64,000 nt of DNA from Candidatus Amesbacteria bacterium GW2011_GWB1_47_19 (GCA_001002325.1 LCNZ01000003.1:7484-71483), one strand, 5' to 3'. Positions 17,786 through 27,796 are shown, counted from the stretch's first letter. Notes: generated by a model from the letters alone, not told the origin. Numbers and translations: made by a program.

Positions 17786-19747
17786 ATGTCCTGGCCCAAA
17801 AGACTGGTTGAATATTCCTTCATCACTCTTCTGGTCCTTGTCCCCCTGGTTTTAATCCCCTCCGCCTCAGAACTCTTCGAATTCCCCAAAATGCTCATCA
17901 CCTACCTGCTGACCGCCGCTATCGTCTGTGCCTGGGTCTGCCGCATTTTAGTCGAAAAACGGCTGATCTTCCGCCGCACTCTCCTGGATATCCCCATCCT
18001 GATATTTCTCCTCTCTCAATTCTCATCTCTGATTTTTTCCATCGATCCCCGCACTTCCTGGCTGGGTTACTACTCCCGCTTCAACGGCGGGTTTGTCTCC
18101 CTCCTGTCCTACGCTCTCCTGTATTGGGGATTTGTCTCCAATATGGACCGTAAATCCAGCCTCAAAGCTCTGCATTTTGCCATCGGAATCTCCGTACTGG
18201 TGGCCATTTACGGTTTTCTGGAGCATTTCGGCATCGACGACGAACTCTGGGTGCAGGATGTCGCCCACCGCGTATTCTCCACTCTAGGCCAACCCAACTG
18301 GCTGGCCGCCTACATTGTCGCCTTGATATGGCTGCCAATTTCCTGGGCTATTACCGAAAAAAAGTCATCCAGACTTATACTCTTTTACTCTTCCACTCTG
18401 CTACTCTATATTGTCCTCTTATTTACCAAAAGCAGATCCGGTCTGTTAGCCTTCGGCATCTCCTCCCTCGTTTTCTGGTCTATTTTAATCATAAAAAATT
18501 TCAGGCTTGAAAATTCATTGAAAATTAAAAATTTCAAATTACAAATTACTTCATTTATCTTTCTCTCACTCGCTCTTACCCTCATCATAAGTAATCCCGT
18601 TCGTGACATGGTTTTTTCGCGATTCAAAGTCAATCCGGCCCCGACAGTCCAGACTCCGGCTTCAGGCACTTCATTGGAAACCGGCGGTACGGAATCGGGG
18701 TCAATCCGAAAAATCGTCTGGACCGGCGCCCTGCGCATCTGGCGTTCCAGTGCCAAAACATTTTGGCTGGGCACCGGTCCTGAGACTTTTACCATGGGTT
18801 ATTACACCTATCGTCCTATCGAACACAATTACACCTCGGAATGGGAACTTTTATACAACAAAGCACACAATGAATTCCTAAACTATCTGGCCACCACCGG
18901 CATTTTGGGTCTCGGATCATACCTCATACTACTTGGCTCCATGTTGTGGGTGTTAATAAAGAATCTGAAATATCCAGCCTTGCTGGCAGGCTGGTTATCC
19001 ATTCCGGTTACCAACTTTTGGGGATTTTCTGTAGTTATCGTTCAGATTTTAATGTTTCTTCTTCCGGCTATTGCTATTATCTTAGCTTCCGCTGACCCGC
19101 CGCCTCCGCCCAAATTATCCACCCCTTCCTCATCCCGCATCTTTGCAATTTTGACAGTAATTTTTGTCTTTTTTTTCCTAGCTTTTTACATTTTCAAGTA
19201 TTTCGTCGCTGACCTCAAATACTCTTCCGGACAAAAAAACCTCCGGGCATTCACCATGACCCAGGAACCCCAATACCTGCTCAATTCCCTGGAGGACCTG
19301 AAATCGGCTTTTTCCCTCAACCGGAAGGACCCGCCGATTGCTTCGGATTATTCCAACGTCGCCGCCTACGTATCCATACTCATGCACGATTCAAATCCCC
19401 AGGGCTCCCAACAGCTTGCCAAATCCTCAGTTCTGGCCTCAGATCTGGCTATCAAAACCAGTCCCCGCCATCCCAATTACTACAAATCCCGTTCCCGGAC
19501 TATGATTATTCTCTCGACTTACGACGACAAACTGCTCGCCGAAGCCGACTCCGCCCTGGCCGGAGCAGCGGATATTTCCCCGACAGACCCGCGTATCCCG
19601 TTCAACCGGGGCACGATTGCCGTTTTCCGCCAGGATATACCGACCGCCATAGCATATTTCGAAGCCGCCCTCAAACTCAAACCGGATTACCACGACCCCA
19701 AAGTCAGACTTGCCGAAATCGCCACCATGTCCGCCACCCCCGAATAA
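17786..19747 (+). CDS. O-antigen ligase-like (Wzy_C) polytopic membrane protein with C-terminal TPR repeats
   Basis: At least 10 TM helices with a large periplasmic loop. C-terminal soluble part has a TPR-like AYFEAALKLKPDYHD motif. Confidence 0.5.
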   Translation: MSWPKRLVEYSFITLLVLVPLVLIPSASELFEFPKMLITYLLTAAIVCAWVCRILVEKRLIFRRTLLDIPILIFLLSQFSSLIFSIDPRTSWLGYYSRFNGGFVSLLSYALLYWGFVSNMDRKSSLKALHFAIGISVLVAIYGFLEHFGIDDELWVQDVAHRVFSTLGQPNWLAAYIVALIWLPISWAITEKKSSRLILFYSSTLLLYIVLLFTKSRSGLLAFGISSLVFWSILIIKNFRLENSLKIKNFKLQITSFIFLSLALTLIISNPVRDMVFSRFKVNPAPTVQTPASGTSLETGGTESGSIRKIVWTGALRIWRSSAKTFWLGTGPETFTMGYYTYRPIEHNYTSEWELLYNKAHNEFLNYLATTGILGLGSYLILLGSMLWVLIKNLKYPALLAGWLSIPVTNFWGFSVVIVQILMFLLPAIAIILASADPPPPPKLSTPSSSRIFAILTVIFVFFFLAFYIFKYFVADLKYSSGQKNLRAFTMTQEPQYLLNSLEDLKSAFSLNRKDPPIASDYSNVAAYVSILMHDSNPQGSQQLAKSSVLASDLAIKTSPRHPNYYKSRSRTMIILSTYDDKLLAEADSALAGAADISPTDPRIPFNRGTIAVFRQDIPTAIAYFEAALKLKPDYHDPKVRLAEIATMSATPE

Positions 19748-20317
19748 TCACTTAAGCCTGCATAATTCGGCTGTCCCCCAAGGACTCCAGCCGTCCTGTC
19801 GCCACAACCATGAAGCCCATTCCAGATTGTTTTCAGGTACAAAATAAAATCTCCGGCACTCATCAAGTAATCCGGCAGGCGTACCATCCAATCCATCTTC
19901 ACATGAACTGACATCATATTTGCGTAATATCTTCCGTAGTCTATTTGCTGCTGGTAATCCGCTGTTTACGTAGTTTACCTCACTCTCCCCATCCATACCA
20001 TTTTTTTGAAACAATCCCCAGCTTTGCTCAACCCCTAGATTCCTCAAGTTTTCCGCCCCCTCATTACCCTTACTCTCCAACCCGCATATACAGGAGGCGT
20101 TACCCGCTTCGCTCCCGAAATACGGTTTCAAAGCTGCCGGTGCGCACCAGCCGGACGCTTCTGCGTTCGGTGCTGCAGAAATTCTTTGGTTATCCCACAT
20201 CGTCATACCTACCGCCCAACCGAATGCCAACACTCCCATAGCCACCACAAAAGACATCGTCCAACAACCCCCCCCTGATTCCTTATAATGGCGTCGATTC
20301 ACTTCATATCCGGACAT
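19748..20317 (-). CDS. lytic transglycosylase (SLT domain)-like protein
   Basis: N-terminal TM, then CGLESKGNEG...WGLFQ, which resembles the SLT catalytic ES...GLMQ signature. Confidence 0.45.
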   Translation of the reverse strand: MSGYEVNRRHYKESGGGCWTMSFVVAMGVLAFGWAVGMTMWDNQRISAAPNAEASGWCAPAALKPYFGSEAGNASCICGLESKGNEGAENLRNLGVEQSWGLFQKNGMDGESEVNYVNSGLPAANRLRKILRKYDVSSCEDGLDGTPAGLLDECRRFYFVPENNLEWASWLWRQDGWSPWGTAELCRLK

Positions 20318-20372
20318 ATCAATCCAGCAATTATACTACAGGACTAATCTTGATATTTGCTAAAATCTATCC

Positions 20373-21002
20373 ATGTCAAAAATAGTTACTGTTCCGGATC
20401 CCGTCCTGCGCCAGATGGCCAAACCTGTAGCAAAGGCTGACAAGAAACTGGTGGATATTGTCGCCGAGATGACTACAACCCTGCTGGCCGCCAAAAACCC
20501 CGAAGGTGTGGGACTGGCCGCCCCTCAGGTAGGTATTCCCCTGCGAATTTTCCTTATCCGCCCCAACCCCGAACTTCCGCCACAAGTCTTCATCAACCCG
20601 GAAATTATCAAATACTCCCAGCGTACGGTCAAACCCAACCGCAAAAGCGGCGTTTACGAAGGCTGCCTCTCCCTCCCCGGCCATTACTCGCCGGTCACCC
20701 GTTCCGCCTCCGTCACCGTTAAGTACCAAAAGTTGGTACAAAACTCAAAATCTAAATCTCAAAATTCAAATCAAACTCCAAATTCAAATTTGAAAATTGA
20801 AAAATTGGGTATTAATTCGGATATAGAAATTAGTAATTTGAAATTAACCGAAAAAATCGAGGTTTTTACGGGTTTCCCTGCCCATATTATCCAGCACGAA
20901 ATGGATCACCTGAATGGCATCCTCTTTATTGACCGGGTTCTGGAGCAAAATGCCAAACTTTACCGGGTCGAAGGTGACGATTGGCGGGAAATCAGTCTCT
21001 GA
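20373..21002 (+). CDS. def: peptide deformylase with ~35 aa low-complexity insertion
   Basis: All three Def motifs are present: GVGLAAPQ, EGCLSLPG and QHEMDHLNG. A Ser/Asn/Lys-rich insert lies between motifs 2 and 3. Confidence 0.9.
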   Translation: MSKIVTVPDPVLRQMAKPVAKADKKLVDIVAEMTTTLLAAKNPEGVGLAAPQVGIPLRIFLIRPNPELPPQVFINPEIIKYSQRTVKPNRKSGVYEGCLSLPGHYSPVTRSASVTVKYQKLVQNSKSKSQNSNQTPNSNLKIEKLGINSDIEISNLKLTEKIEVFTGFPAHIIQHEMDHLNGILFIDRVLEQNAKLYRVEGDDWREISL

Positions 21003-21371
21003 TTAGTCCGGCTTGTTCACCCAACTATTAGGATCCAGCCCCTCATTCTCTCTTTTTCTGGCTCTTCTCCGGTGTTCACGTGGCCTATCGCCATATAACA
21101 TTTCTTCTCCCACGCTTCCCTTCCAACGATGTTTCAATCGGCGCTTTACCAACAAACCGGTTCCGGTTATAGCCCCTATAGCTAATAGCCCTACACAACA
21201 CTGAATACCCAACTGCTCCGCTTTTTGCCCCACCGCCTCCCAATCAGTTGAAAAAAATTTCGCCAATCCCAATAAAGCTATGGTGGCTCCTGTCGCAAGC
21301 AAGCAACTAACCCTCATTTCCTTCCACGTCTTCATCAGCCAATTATATACTACAAGATATCCATTTTCCAC
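21003..21371 (-). CDS. small membrane protein, hypothetical
   Basis: 122 aa with two TM helices and a basic C-terminus. Confidence 0.3.
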   Translation of the reverse strand: MENGYLVVYNWLMKTWKEMRVSCLLATGATIALLGLAKFFSTDWEAVGQKAEQLGIQCCVGLLAIGAITGTGLLVKRRLKHRWKGSVGEEMLYGDRPREHRRRARKRENEGLDPNSWVNKPD

Positions 21372-21415
21372 TTCAACTATTGACTATAGGACCACCACCA
21401 TACTAAAATCCCCCC

Positions 21416-21889
21416 ATGTCTGCAGAAATGGACGCGATTTTAACTTCACTATATTTTGTGGTTACTCCCGTCGTCACAGGTGCACTCAATGCCTACCAAA
21501 CAAGAGCCAGATCAATGAACGAGCTCAACGACCAAACCGTGGGTGCAAAAGAAGAAGCTGATGACGCTTATAAAATACAATCTAGTCCTAGACTCGGAAC
21601 CTACAACCGTAGAATGGCTTATGACAAATATCAAGAAAAACAGAGAGAGTATTTAAGAATGCGTAACGAAATAGCCGGAGAAATCGGATTACCGTTTAAT
21701 TACATAAAAGAATTTTTCTCCACCGCTATTACGGCATCAGCAGCCATATTTCTTATTGATCGCGTTATTCAACAACTGGGTCAACCGGATACAGGTGGTT
21801 CCGAACTCGCCCAACAAATAAAACTTGGAGCTCTGATTGTTTCAGCCACTTTTCTTGCAGGCAAAACAATTTACGACTTCTTCACCTGA
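21416..21889 (+). CDS. hypothetical membrane-associated protein
   Basis: 157 aa ORF with N- and C-terminal hydrophobic helices. No motif recognised. Confidence 0.3.
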   Translation: MSAEMDAILTSLYFVVTPVVTGALNAYQTRARSMNELNDQTVGAKEEADDAYKIQSSPRLGTYNRRMAYDKYQEKQREYLRMRNEIAGEIGLPFNYIKEFFSTAITASAAIFLIDRVIQQLGQPDTGGSELAQQIKLGALIVSATFLAGKTIYDFFT

Positions 21890-22221
21890 GATAATTTCTT
21901 TTTTTTCTATTATTCCTTTCCCTCCTCAGCGCATCAGTTACCAGCCCTAACACCTCGCCTTCTCCCAATACCCTTCGGGCATCACCTACAGAGATCGGTT
22001 GCCCCGTACCACCCCCGATAGCAACCTCCGTCCCCTCCGGGGTCAGCACCACCCTCGCCTTAACTCTCTTTCTTATCCGGGCTTTTCCGCTTCCTACCGT
22101 CACAGCTTGTTCCATATTTCCCTCAACCTGCCCCTGTTCCATTATTCCATCAACATTCCCCTGCATGCCCACAGCCTGAATATACTCTTCATGTTCTCTT
22201 CCCATCACTTATAATTCTAAT

Positions 22222-23052
22222 ATGCCAATGCAAATCGTCTTCTTCGGTTCCTTTCAGGAGTACTCAGTCATCGTCCTGGAAAAACTCCTAATTACTAATC
22301 ACTATAACCTAGTCACTGTCGTAACTACCCCTCCCGCCCCCGCCGGCCGCCATCTGCAGCTCAAACCTACCGCCGTCCAGCTCTTTGCCGAAAAACACAA
22401 CATTCCCGTCTTTACCCCCGAAAATTTGGGAAAACCGCCTCCTTTTTCGCCGGACTTTGTGGTCGTGGCCGGCTACGCCAAACTGCTTCCCCCCACCTGG
22501 CTGGACCTTCCCAAAATCATGGCCGTCAACCTCCATCCTTCACTTCTCCCGGCTTACCGTGGCCCCAACCCGGCGGAATGGGCGATTTTAAACGGCGAAA
22601 CCGAAACCGGCGTTACCCTCATCAAAATGTCTGCCCAATTTGACACCGGAGAAATTCTGACTCAAAAATCCCTATCCATAGATCCGCACGATACCCGCTT
22701 GTCTCTATATAACAAACTATATCACATAGGTGCTGGCTTACTGGTCGAAACCCTACCCCAAATCGCCTCCGGTGAAATCGTTCCCGTTTCTCAAATCTCA
22801 TCACTCAATTCTCATCTCCCCTACGCCCGTCGTATCACCCGCCGGGATGGTTTTGTTGAATTTGAAAAATTTAAAAATTTTTTGGAGCTTGGTGCTTATG
22901 AATTGGAAATTACCAGAAAGCTGAAGGCTTTTGCAGGCTGGCCCGGAGTCTGGACCATCAATCCGACCGGCAAGCGCATTAAACTCGTATCATTGGAACC
23001 ACTCCTAATCCAAGTGGAAGGCAAAAAAGCCACTTCACCATCCGGTATGTAG
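22222..23052 (+). CDS. fmt: methionyl-tRNA formyltransferase
   Basis: Formyltransferase motif NLHPSLLPAYRGPNP and a C-terminal Fmt domain. Adjacent to def as in the classic def-fmt arrangement. Confidence 0.85.
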   Translation: MPMQIVFFGSFQEYSVIVLEKLLITNHYNLVTVVTTPPAPAGRHLQLKPTAVQLFAEKHNIPVFTPENLGKPPPFSPDFVVVAGYAKLLPPTWLDLPKIMAVNLHPSLLPAYRGPNPAEWAILNGETETGVTLIKMSAQFDTGEILTQKSLSIDPHDTRLSLYNKLYHIGAGLLVETLPQIASGEIVPVSQISSLNSHLPYARRITRRDGFVEFEKFKNFLELGAYELEITRKLKAFAGWPGVWTINPTGKRIKLVSLEPLLIQVEGKKATSPSGM

Positions 23053-23253
23053 TTTCTTGTCTCCTGCCGCGGGATTGTCTGTTCTGGAAAACAGATGTCC
23101 CTGATTAATTCTTGCCCTTACCTCCGCAGGTAACAGGTGCTGATCCCTGGCGTTCAAATCTGAATCAGGTACTCCCGCACATCCACCACGACATTTTTTG
23201 CATAATCTGTACCTGAACAGCAAACATTCGTTGTATGGAACACCACCCATATC

Positions 23254-23514
23254 TCAAACAGTCGTAATTGTTGAAGTATTTGTATCCGCCAGCTTACTCC
23301 GTTTGGACTTCAACTTTCTCAGGCATTTTGTACACAATCTCAACTTCACCCATTCTCCCTTAATATCAATTCTGGCCACATGCAAATTTGGTTTGAACAC
23401 TTTCCGGGTATGAGGAGCCCGTTTCTTCCATCTGCCTCCGGCCACGCCCCGCCTGTGGGAATGGGTCTCCCCGTACTGTACTCCCCGGCCGCAATAATCA
23501 CACGCATATGCCAT
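23254..23514 (-). CDS. rpmB: 50S ribosomal protein L28
   Basis: CDYCGRGVQYGETHSHRR...KVFKPNLHVARI... matches the bL28 pattern (C..C..G..vSHs....r.f.PNL). Confidence 0.7.
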   Translation of the reverse strand: MAYACDYCGRGVQYGETHSHRRGVAGGRWKKRAPHTRKVFKPNLHVARIDIKGEWVKLRLCTKCLRKLKSKRSKLADTNTSTITTV

Positions 23515-23531
23515 AATGGTAGAATTCTACC

Positions 23532-24146
23532 ATGCTCAACCTGCTTTTTGCCAACCCGCCTGCGTTTATAATCATCTTCGGCGGCCTGATCCTGGCCATC
23601 GGTATTCACGAAGCCGCTCACGCCTTCACGGCTGATTATCTGGGTGACCCTACTCCCCGCTCTTTGGGACGCACTACTCTGAATCCTCTGGCTCACCTCG
23701 ATCCGTTGGGCACTCTGGTCATTCTCGTTACCGGTTATTTCGGCTGGGGCAAACCCGCCCCCTTTGACCCCTACAACCTCCGAGACCCCCGTCGGGACAC
23801 CGCTCTTATCGCCCTGGCCGGTCCGGCCAGTAATTTCGTTATGGCCGTCATCCTATCCCTTATCTCTCGTCTCTCATTTCCCAATGCCCAAGTTGCCACC
23901 ATCATCACTACCCTAATCATCCTCAACGTTAATTTAGCTTTATTTAACCTCCTGCCAGTTCCACCACTGGACGGATCCAAAATTGCCGGTTTATTCATGT
24001 CTCACGAGCAGGCGGTCCGCTTCCGCAGTCAAACCAATCCCCTGCTTCTCCTGCTACTCATCCTCCCCATCATCGGCGGGGCATCCCTCGCTTACCTCAT
24101 CATTTTCCCCGTCTCCCGGATATTTTTGGGATTTCTGCTACCCTAA
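23532..24146 (+). CDS. site-2 protease family (M50-like) zinc metalloprotease
   Basis: HEAAHA zinc motif in TM helix 1 and a conserved LNLLPVPPLDGSK motif. Confidence 0.6.
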   Translation: MLNLLFANPPAFIIIFGGLILAIGIHEAAHAFTADYLGDPTPRSLGRTTLNPLAHLDPLGTLVILVTGYFGWGKPAPFDPYNLRDPRRDTALIALAGPASNFVMAVILSLISRLSFPNAQVATIITTLIILNVNLALFNLLPVPPLDGSKIAGLFMSHEQAVRFRSQTNPLLLLLLILPIIGGASLAYLIIFPVSRIFLGFLLP

Positions 24147-24175
24147 GCCAGCAACCTTTCAAAAAAACATCCTGC

Positions 24176-24907
24176 TCATCTCCCCCGTCTCCAGAAACCC
24201 TTTTTTTTGCCCCTCTCCTCAACTACACTTTCGTCAGACCCGCGACCCACTTGTGAATCCCGATCACCCTCTAATAATTTTAACGCTGCTTGCAAACCCT
24301 GACCTTGGGCTCGGGCTGCCTTTTCTAGATCTACTTTACCCTGTCGTTCCAACAACTTTCTCCTGACCCGACCTCCTCTTTTCCTGTCCCCCATCACTTT
24401 TTTAGCCAAACCCGGAACCTGCTGCACAATATCAACCACCGTATCAGGTTTTAGCCCCAGTGCCCCAGCATACTTCCAAACTTCTTCGACGATATCCACA
24501 GGACCCATAACCTTAATCCTGGTTCTTTTTATGGTCTGAATTTGCGCCAACATTTTCGGATTAATTCCGTCGGTCATTTCCAACCTAGCCAAAAATTCAG
24601 CACCAAGCCTGTCTTTCACCTTCAAATCCTTAACTACTGCCTCTACATATCGATTCTTGGCGCCCTCATTTTTCAATTGAAAACCCGTCTGCCGTTTTTC
24701 CAGAGCAATCTCGTCGTCCAACCTATTTTGTGCTGCCGTCGTGCGATCCCTCATAGCTTGTCTGGCTGCTCTTTCTCTTCTGGTCTTACTTCTTCGAACA
24801 GGCGCATGTTCAGGCTTACTCAACTGCTCAGCAGCTTTTCTCACAATTTCTTCAGCAGTAGGAATCGGATCTCGCCTTCTGGTTAGTCTTTCAAAAATAT
24901 TAGACAT
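24176..24907 (-). CDS. highly basic hypothetical protein
   Basis: 243 aa rich in Arg/Lys with no recognised domain. Confidence 0.3.
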   Translation of the reverse strand: MSNIFERLTRRRDPIPTAEEIVRKAAEQLSKPEHAPVRRSKTRRERAARQAMRDRTTAAQNRLDDEIALEKRQTGFQLKNEGAKNRYVEAVVKDLKVKDRLGAEFLARLEMTDGINPKMLAQIQTIKRTRIKVMGPVDIVEEVWKYAGALGLKPDTVVDIVQQVPGLAKKVMGDRKRGGRVRRKLLERQGKVDLEKAARAQGQGLQAALKLLEGDRDSQVGRGSDESVVEERGKKKGFWRRGR

Positions 24908-25171
24908 ATCAATGTATCCTATAATACTATACCTCTTTTGCTATTGCAATATTTTGTATAATTAACTTGTCCTGCCGAGAAGGATTGTGGAGGACATTTT
25001 CCTCGACTATTTTCTCTGTGTCGGGCTTGCTTAAATTCAATTCAGTCCTGTACTGAATTGAAAGTGCGCAGGCAGTCAAATGCTTGTACCGGCTCGCCCA
25101 CCTATAAGACACTTGGGGAAAACCCTCTGCATCCTGATCGGTGGGATATTTTTTGTTAAAATCACCCTGCT

Positions 25172-25243
25172 GCCACCCTAGCTCAATGGTAGAGCACCTG
25201 TTTTGTAAACAGGCGGTTCGGGGTTCGATCCCCCGGGGTGGCT
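25172..25243 (+). tRNA. tRNA-Thr (anticodon TGT)
   Basis: Manual cloverleaf: acceptor GCCACCC/GGGTGGC, D-stem GCTC/GAGC, anticodon stem CCTGT/ACAGG with loop TTTGTAA, T-arm CGGGG TTCGATC CCCCG. No encoded CCA. Confidence 0.85.
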
Positions 25244-25269
25244 CAAAAATGTTATAAAATATGTCTCAG

Positions 25270-25352
25270 GCCGGGATACTCAAGCGGTCAACGAGGTCGG
25301 TCTGTAAAACCGATGCCATTTGGCTCCGTAGGTTCGAATCCTGCTCCCGGCA
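25270..25352 (+). tRNA. tRNA-Tyr (anticodon GTA), class II long variable arm
   Basis: Acceptor GCCGGGA/TCCCGGC, anticodon stem TCGGT/ACCGA with loop CTGTAAA, variable stem-loop GCCATTTGGC, T-loop TTCGAAT. Confidence 0.85.
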
Positions 25353-25379
25353 CAATATTTGTAAATTGGTCGTTGATCA

Positions 25380-25742
25380 TTGATAATCAAATCCATGGCC
25401 TTCAGTTTTCAAAACCAGGTCACTTACGAACAGCTGCTTATTTTTGCCAAGGACATCTTCGCCTTCACCGGAAAATTACCCAGCTACGAATCCAACGGCC
25501 TGATTCTTAGGATACGGAACCTGGCCTCTTCACTGCTCCAGGAATACGCTCTCGGTTCCACCCGGGTTTCCAAGGTCAATTTTTCTCAAGCCGTGGAAAA
25601 ATGTATTGTCTTGGTAGCTCAGATTGTTTCCCTTTCCGACCTTTGTGTGCATTTGGGTTACGCTACCCTTACTGCCCAGCGTTCCCTGATTCTTTCCGCC
25701 GAGGATATCACCAAACGGCTCTACCAGCTCCGCAAGCCATAA
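25380..25742 (+). CDS. four-helix-bundle protein (23S rRNA intervening-sequence-protein-like)
   Basis: Pattern NGLILRIRNLASSLLQEYALGSTRVSKVNFSQAVEKCIVLVAQ... fits the ygLtsQlrRaa.Si..NiaEG family. Such genes often lie inside tRNA/rRNA clusters. Confidence 0.45.
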   Translation: MIIKSMAFSFQNQVTYEQLLIFAKDIFAFTGKLPSYESNGLILRIRNLASSLLQEYALGSTRVSKVNFSQAVEKCIVLVAQIVSLSDLCVHLGYATLTAQRSLILSAEDITKRLYQLRKP

Positions 25743-25787
25743 ATAACCATTTCCCTCCTGCATTTTTTTGTTAGAATCAAAACGTTT

Positions 25788-25859
25788 GCCTGGGTAGTTC
25801 AGTGGCAGAACGCATTCTTGGTAAGAATGAAGTCGGGAGTCCGATTCTCCCCCCAGGCT
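25788..25859 (+). tRNA. tRNA-Thr (anticodon GGT)
   Basis: Acceptor GCCTGGG/CCCAGGC, D-stem GTTC/GAAC, anticodon stem CATTC/GAATG with loop TTGGTAA, T-stem GGGAG/CTCCC. Confidence 0.85.
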
Positions 25860-25865
25860 CAATCA

Positions 25866-27080
25866 TTATCTCGCATCATACATCGTCCGCACAAACTCCT
25901 TCACCGAAGTTGTCCCTTCATCTACCATCCTCAATCCCTCCGCTGTCAAACCCCGGAAACCCCGCAGTGACAGCTCCTGTTTAAATTCCGTCTCACCCGC
26001 CCCCGTAAACACCAGCGACCGAACCGTATCATCCAATTCCAGCATCTCAAATATCCCTACTCTTCCGTGATATCTGGTCTTATTGCACAATTCACAACCC
26101 CGGCCGTGTATCAGTTGTCCCGGACCGGATCCTTTCTCCTTTACGTAAATTTCTACATCCTCGGGAGTCGGTGTGTAAATTTCTTTGCAGTGATCACATA
26201 CCCGCCGCATCAAACGCTGGGAAACAATTGCCCGCAGGGCATAGTTGACCATATATTTATCCACTCCCAAATCAACCAGCCGGTACAAAGCCCCCACACT
26301 GTTTCGGCCGTGAATTGTGGAAATCACCAGGTGCCCGGTAAGCGACGCCTGGATGGCAATTTTGGCCGTGGCTGCATCCCGGATCTCTCCCACGAAAATG
26401 ACATCCGGGTTCAGCCGCAATATTGTCCGCAGTCCGGACACAAAGTCCAATCCTACTTCCTCCCCCACTTCTATCTGGTTTATCCCAGGCACCACGTATT
26501 CTATCGGATCTTCCAAAGTCATGATATTCACTTCCCCGCTGTTAAGATACCTGAGGCACGAGTGCACAGTGGTCGTTTTTCCCGACCCTGTCGGCCCGCA
26601 CACCAGAAACAAGCCATACCTCCCGGAGATATTTCTTTTTATTTTTTCAGCCATCTCCGTCCACATCCCTAGCTGGGAAAAATCCGAAAAATCAGGCATG
26701 TCCAGCACCCTTAGCGCCGCCATCTGGCCGAAATTGGTGGACACCACTGCCGCCCGCAGGACATATGGTCTTCCGTCCACCTCAAATCTTATTTTGCTCT
26801 CCTGGGGTTTCCGGTTTTCCGTCACGTCCATATTTCCCAGCACTTTTACTCTGGACAATACCTGGTCATAAGAACCAAACGGCATCACCCCGAACGACTG
26901 CAATACTCCGTCTACCCGCATCCGGACCAAAACTTCCTTCTCCTGAGGTTCCAGCAAAATATCCGAAGCATTCAACCGCACTGCCTGGCTGATTACCTGA
27001 TCAACTATCTCAACGGGAGAGGACATGCCGGATAGGGAAAACAAAGTAGACCCTCCGGGGGCAGACTCGGACATAAGCAT
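25866..27080 (-). CDS. pilB: type II/IV secretion (type IV pilus assembly) ATPase GspE/PilB family
   Basis: Walker A GPTGSGKTTT, Asp and His boxes, and a C-terminal tetracysteine CDHCK...CELCNKTRY zinc motif. Confidence 0.85.
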   Translation of the reverse strand: MLMSESAPGGSTLFSLSGMSSPVEIVDQVISQAVRLNASDILLEPQEKEVLVRMRVDGVLQSFGVMPFGSYDQVLSRVKVLGNMDVTENRKPQESKIRFEVDGRPYVLRAAVVSTNFGQMAALRVLDMPDFSDFSQLGMWTEMAEKIKRNISGRYGLFLVCGPTGSGKTTTVHSCLRYLNSGEVNIMTLEDPIEYVVPGINQIEVGEEVGLDFVSGLRTILRLNPDVIFVGEIRDAATAKIAIQASLTGHLVISTIHGRNSVGALYRLVDLGVDKYMVNYALRAIVSQRLMRRVCDHCKEIYTPTPEDVEIYVKEKGSGPGQLIHGRGCELCNKTRYHGRVGIFEMLELDDTVRSLVFTGAGETEFKQELSLRGFRGLTAEGLRMVDEGTTSVKEFVRTMYDAR

Positions 27081-27139
27081 ATTGTCTTCCGACTTTACAA
27101 AGGAGTCAACAGTAGATAGAGTATAAGAATAATTGAAAG

Positions 27140-27412
27140 GTGGTGATTATATTGGACCCCCAAGTGCAAGCAAATCTTACCTGTGATCACTGTGGCGAAG
27201 TCACCCTGGCAGACGGTTCCAAAGTCTGGGTCTGCAAAAGTTGCGGCCAGCCGAATGAACCATTAATGGCCCCGGCAGAAACGGCTGCAGTCCCGGTGGA
27301 AACTCCAGCCATGCCCCAGATCCCGCCCATGCCGCAGATGCCTCCTATGGAACCGGTTGTCCCGGCAGAACCCGTGGCTGCTCCGGGAATTGATACGACC
27401 AAAGGCGTATAA
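27140..27412 (+). CDS. zinc-ribbon protein with Pro/Met-rich tail
   Basis: CDHCG...CKSCG forms a C4 zinc ribbon. C-terminus is repetitive (PMPQIPPMPQMPPMEP). Confidence 0.4.
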   Translation: MVIILDPQVQANLTCDHCGEVTLADGSKVWVCKSCGQPNEPLMAPAETAAVPVETPAMPQIPPMPQMPPMEPVVPAEPVAAPGIDTTKGV

Positions 27413-27486
27413 ACCGGATTACTTAGACTCTAAAACACTCCCTTTGCACCTTGCACGGGAGTGTTTTCTCCCGTAAAATTCCGTGT

Positions 27487-27660
27487 ATGGCAAAGAAAGG
27501 CGCCCGTCAGATCCTAGCTCTGGTCTGTTCCATCTGCAAAACCCAGAACTATATCTCCGAGAAGAACAAAATCAATGTTGAAACTAAACTCGAATTGAAA
27601 AAGTTCTGCCGCCGCTGCCGTAAATACACCCTCCACAAAGAAACCTCAAAGCTTAAATAG
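27487..27660 (+). CDS. rpmG: 50S ribosomal protein L33
   Basis: MAKKGARQILALVCSICKTQNYISEKNK...KLELKKFCRRCRKYTLHKE is a C4-type bL33. Start chosen at the internal ATG of the listed ORF. Confidence 0.85.
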   Translation: MAKKGARQILALVCSICKTQNYISEKNKINVETKLELKKFCRRCRKYTLHKETSKLK

Positions 27661-27697
27661 TATCCCTGTTACCCTTCTTGCGTTAAAATCTCCTCAT

Positions 27698-27769
27698 AGG
27701 GCTGTGATGTCAACGGTAGCATGGCGGTCTCCAAAACCGCTCGTCCAGGTTCGAATCCTGGCAGCCCTG
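27698..27769 (+). tRNA. tRNA-Trp (anticodon CCA)
   Basis: Acceptor AGGGCTG/CAGCCCT, anticodon stem GCGGT/ACCGC with loop CTCCAAA, T-arm CCAGG TTCGAAT CCTGG. Sits in the classical position between rpmG and secE. Confidence 0.85.
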
Positions 27770-27796
27770 CAAAATAACCCATAGTTTGACTATCTT

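Noticed and set aside
23346-23696. Minus-strand 116 aa ORF overlapping rpmB and the start of the M50-like gene
   Set aside because: Overlaps two better-supported genes in different frames and has no recognisable features.
25238-25510. 90 aa plus-strand ORF spanning tRNA-Thr/tRNA-Tyr
   Set aside because: Overlaps two well-folded tRNA genes. The reading frame is incidental.
26067-26992. Plus-strand ORFs inside pilB (26067..26672, 26317..26871, 26765..26992)
   Set aside because: Antisense shadow ORFs of the GspE/PilB ATPase gene.
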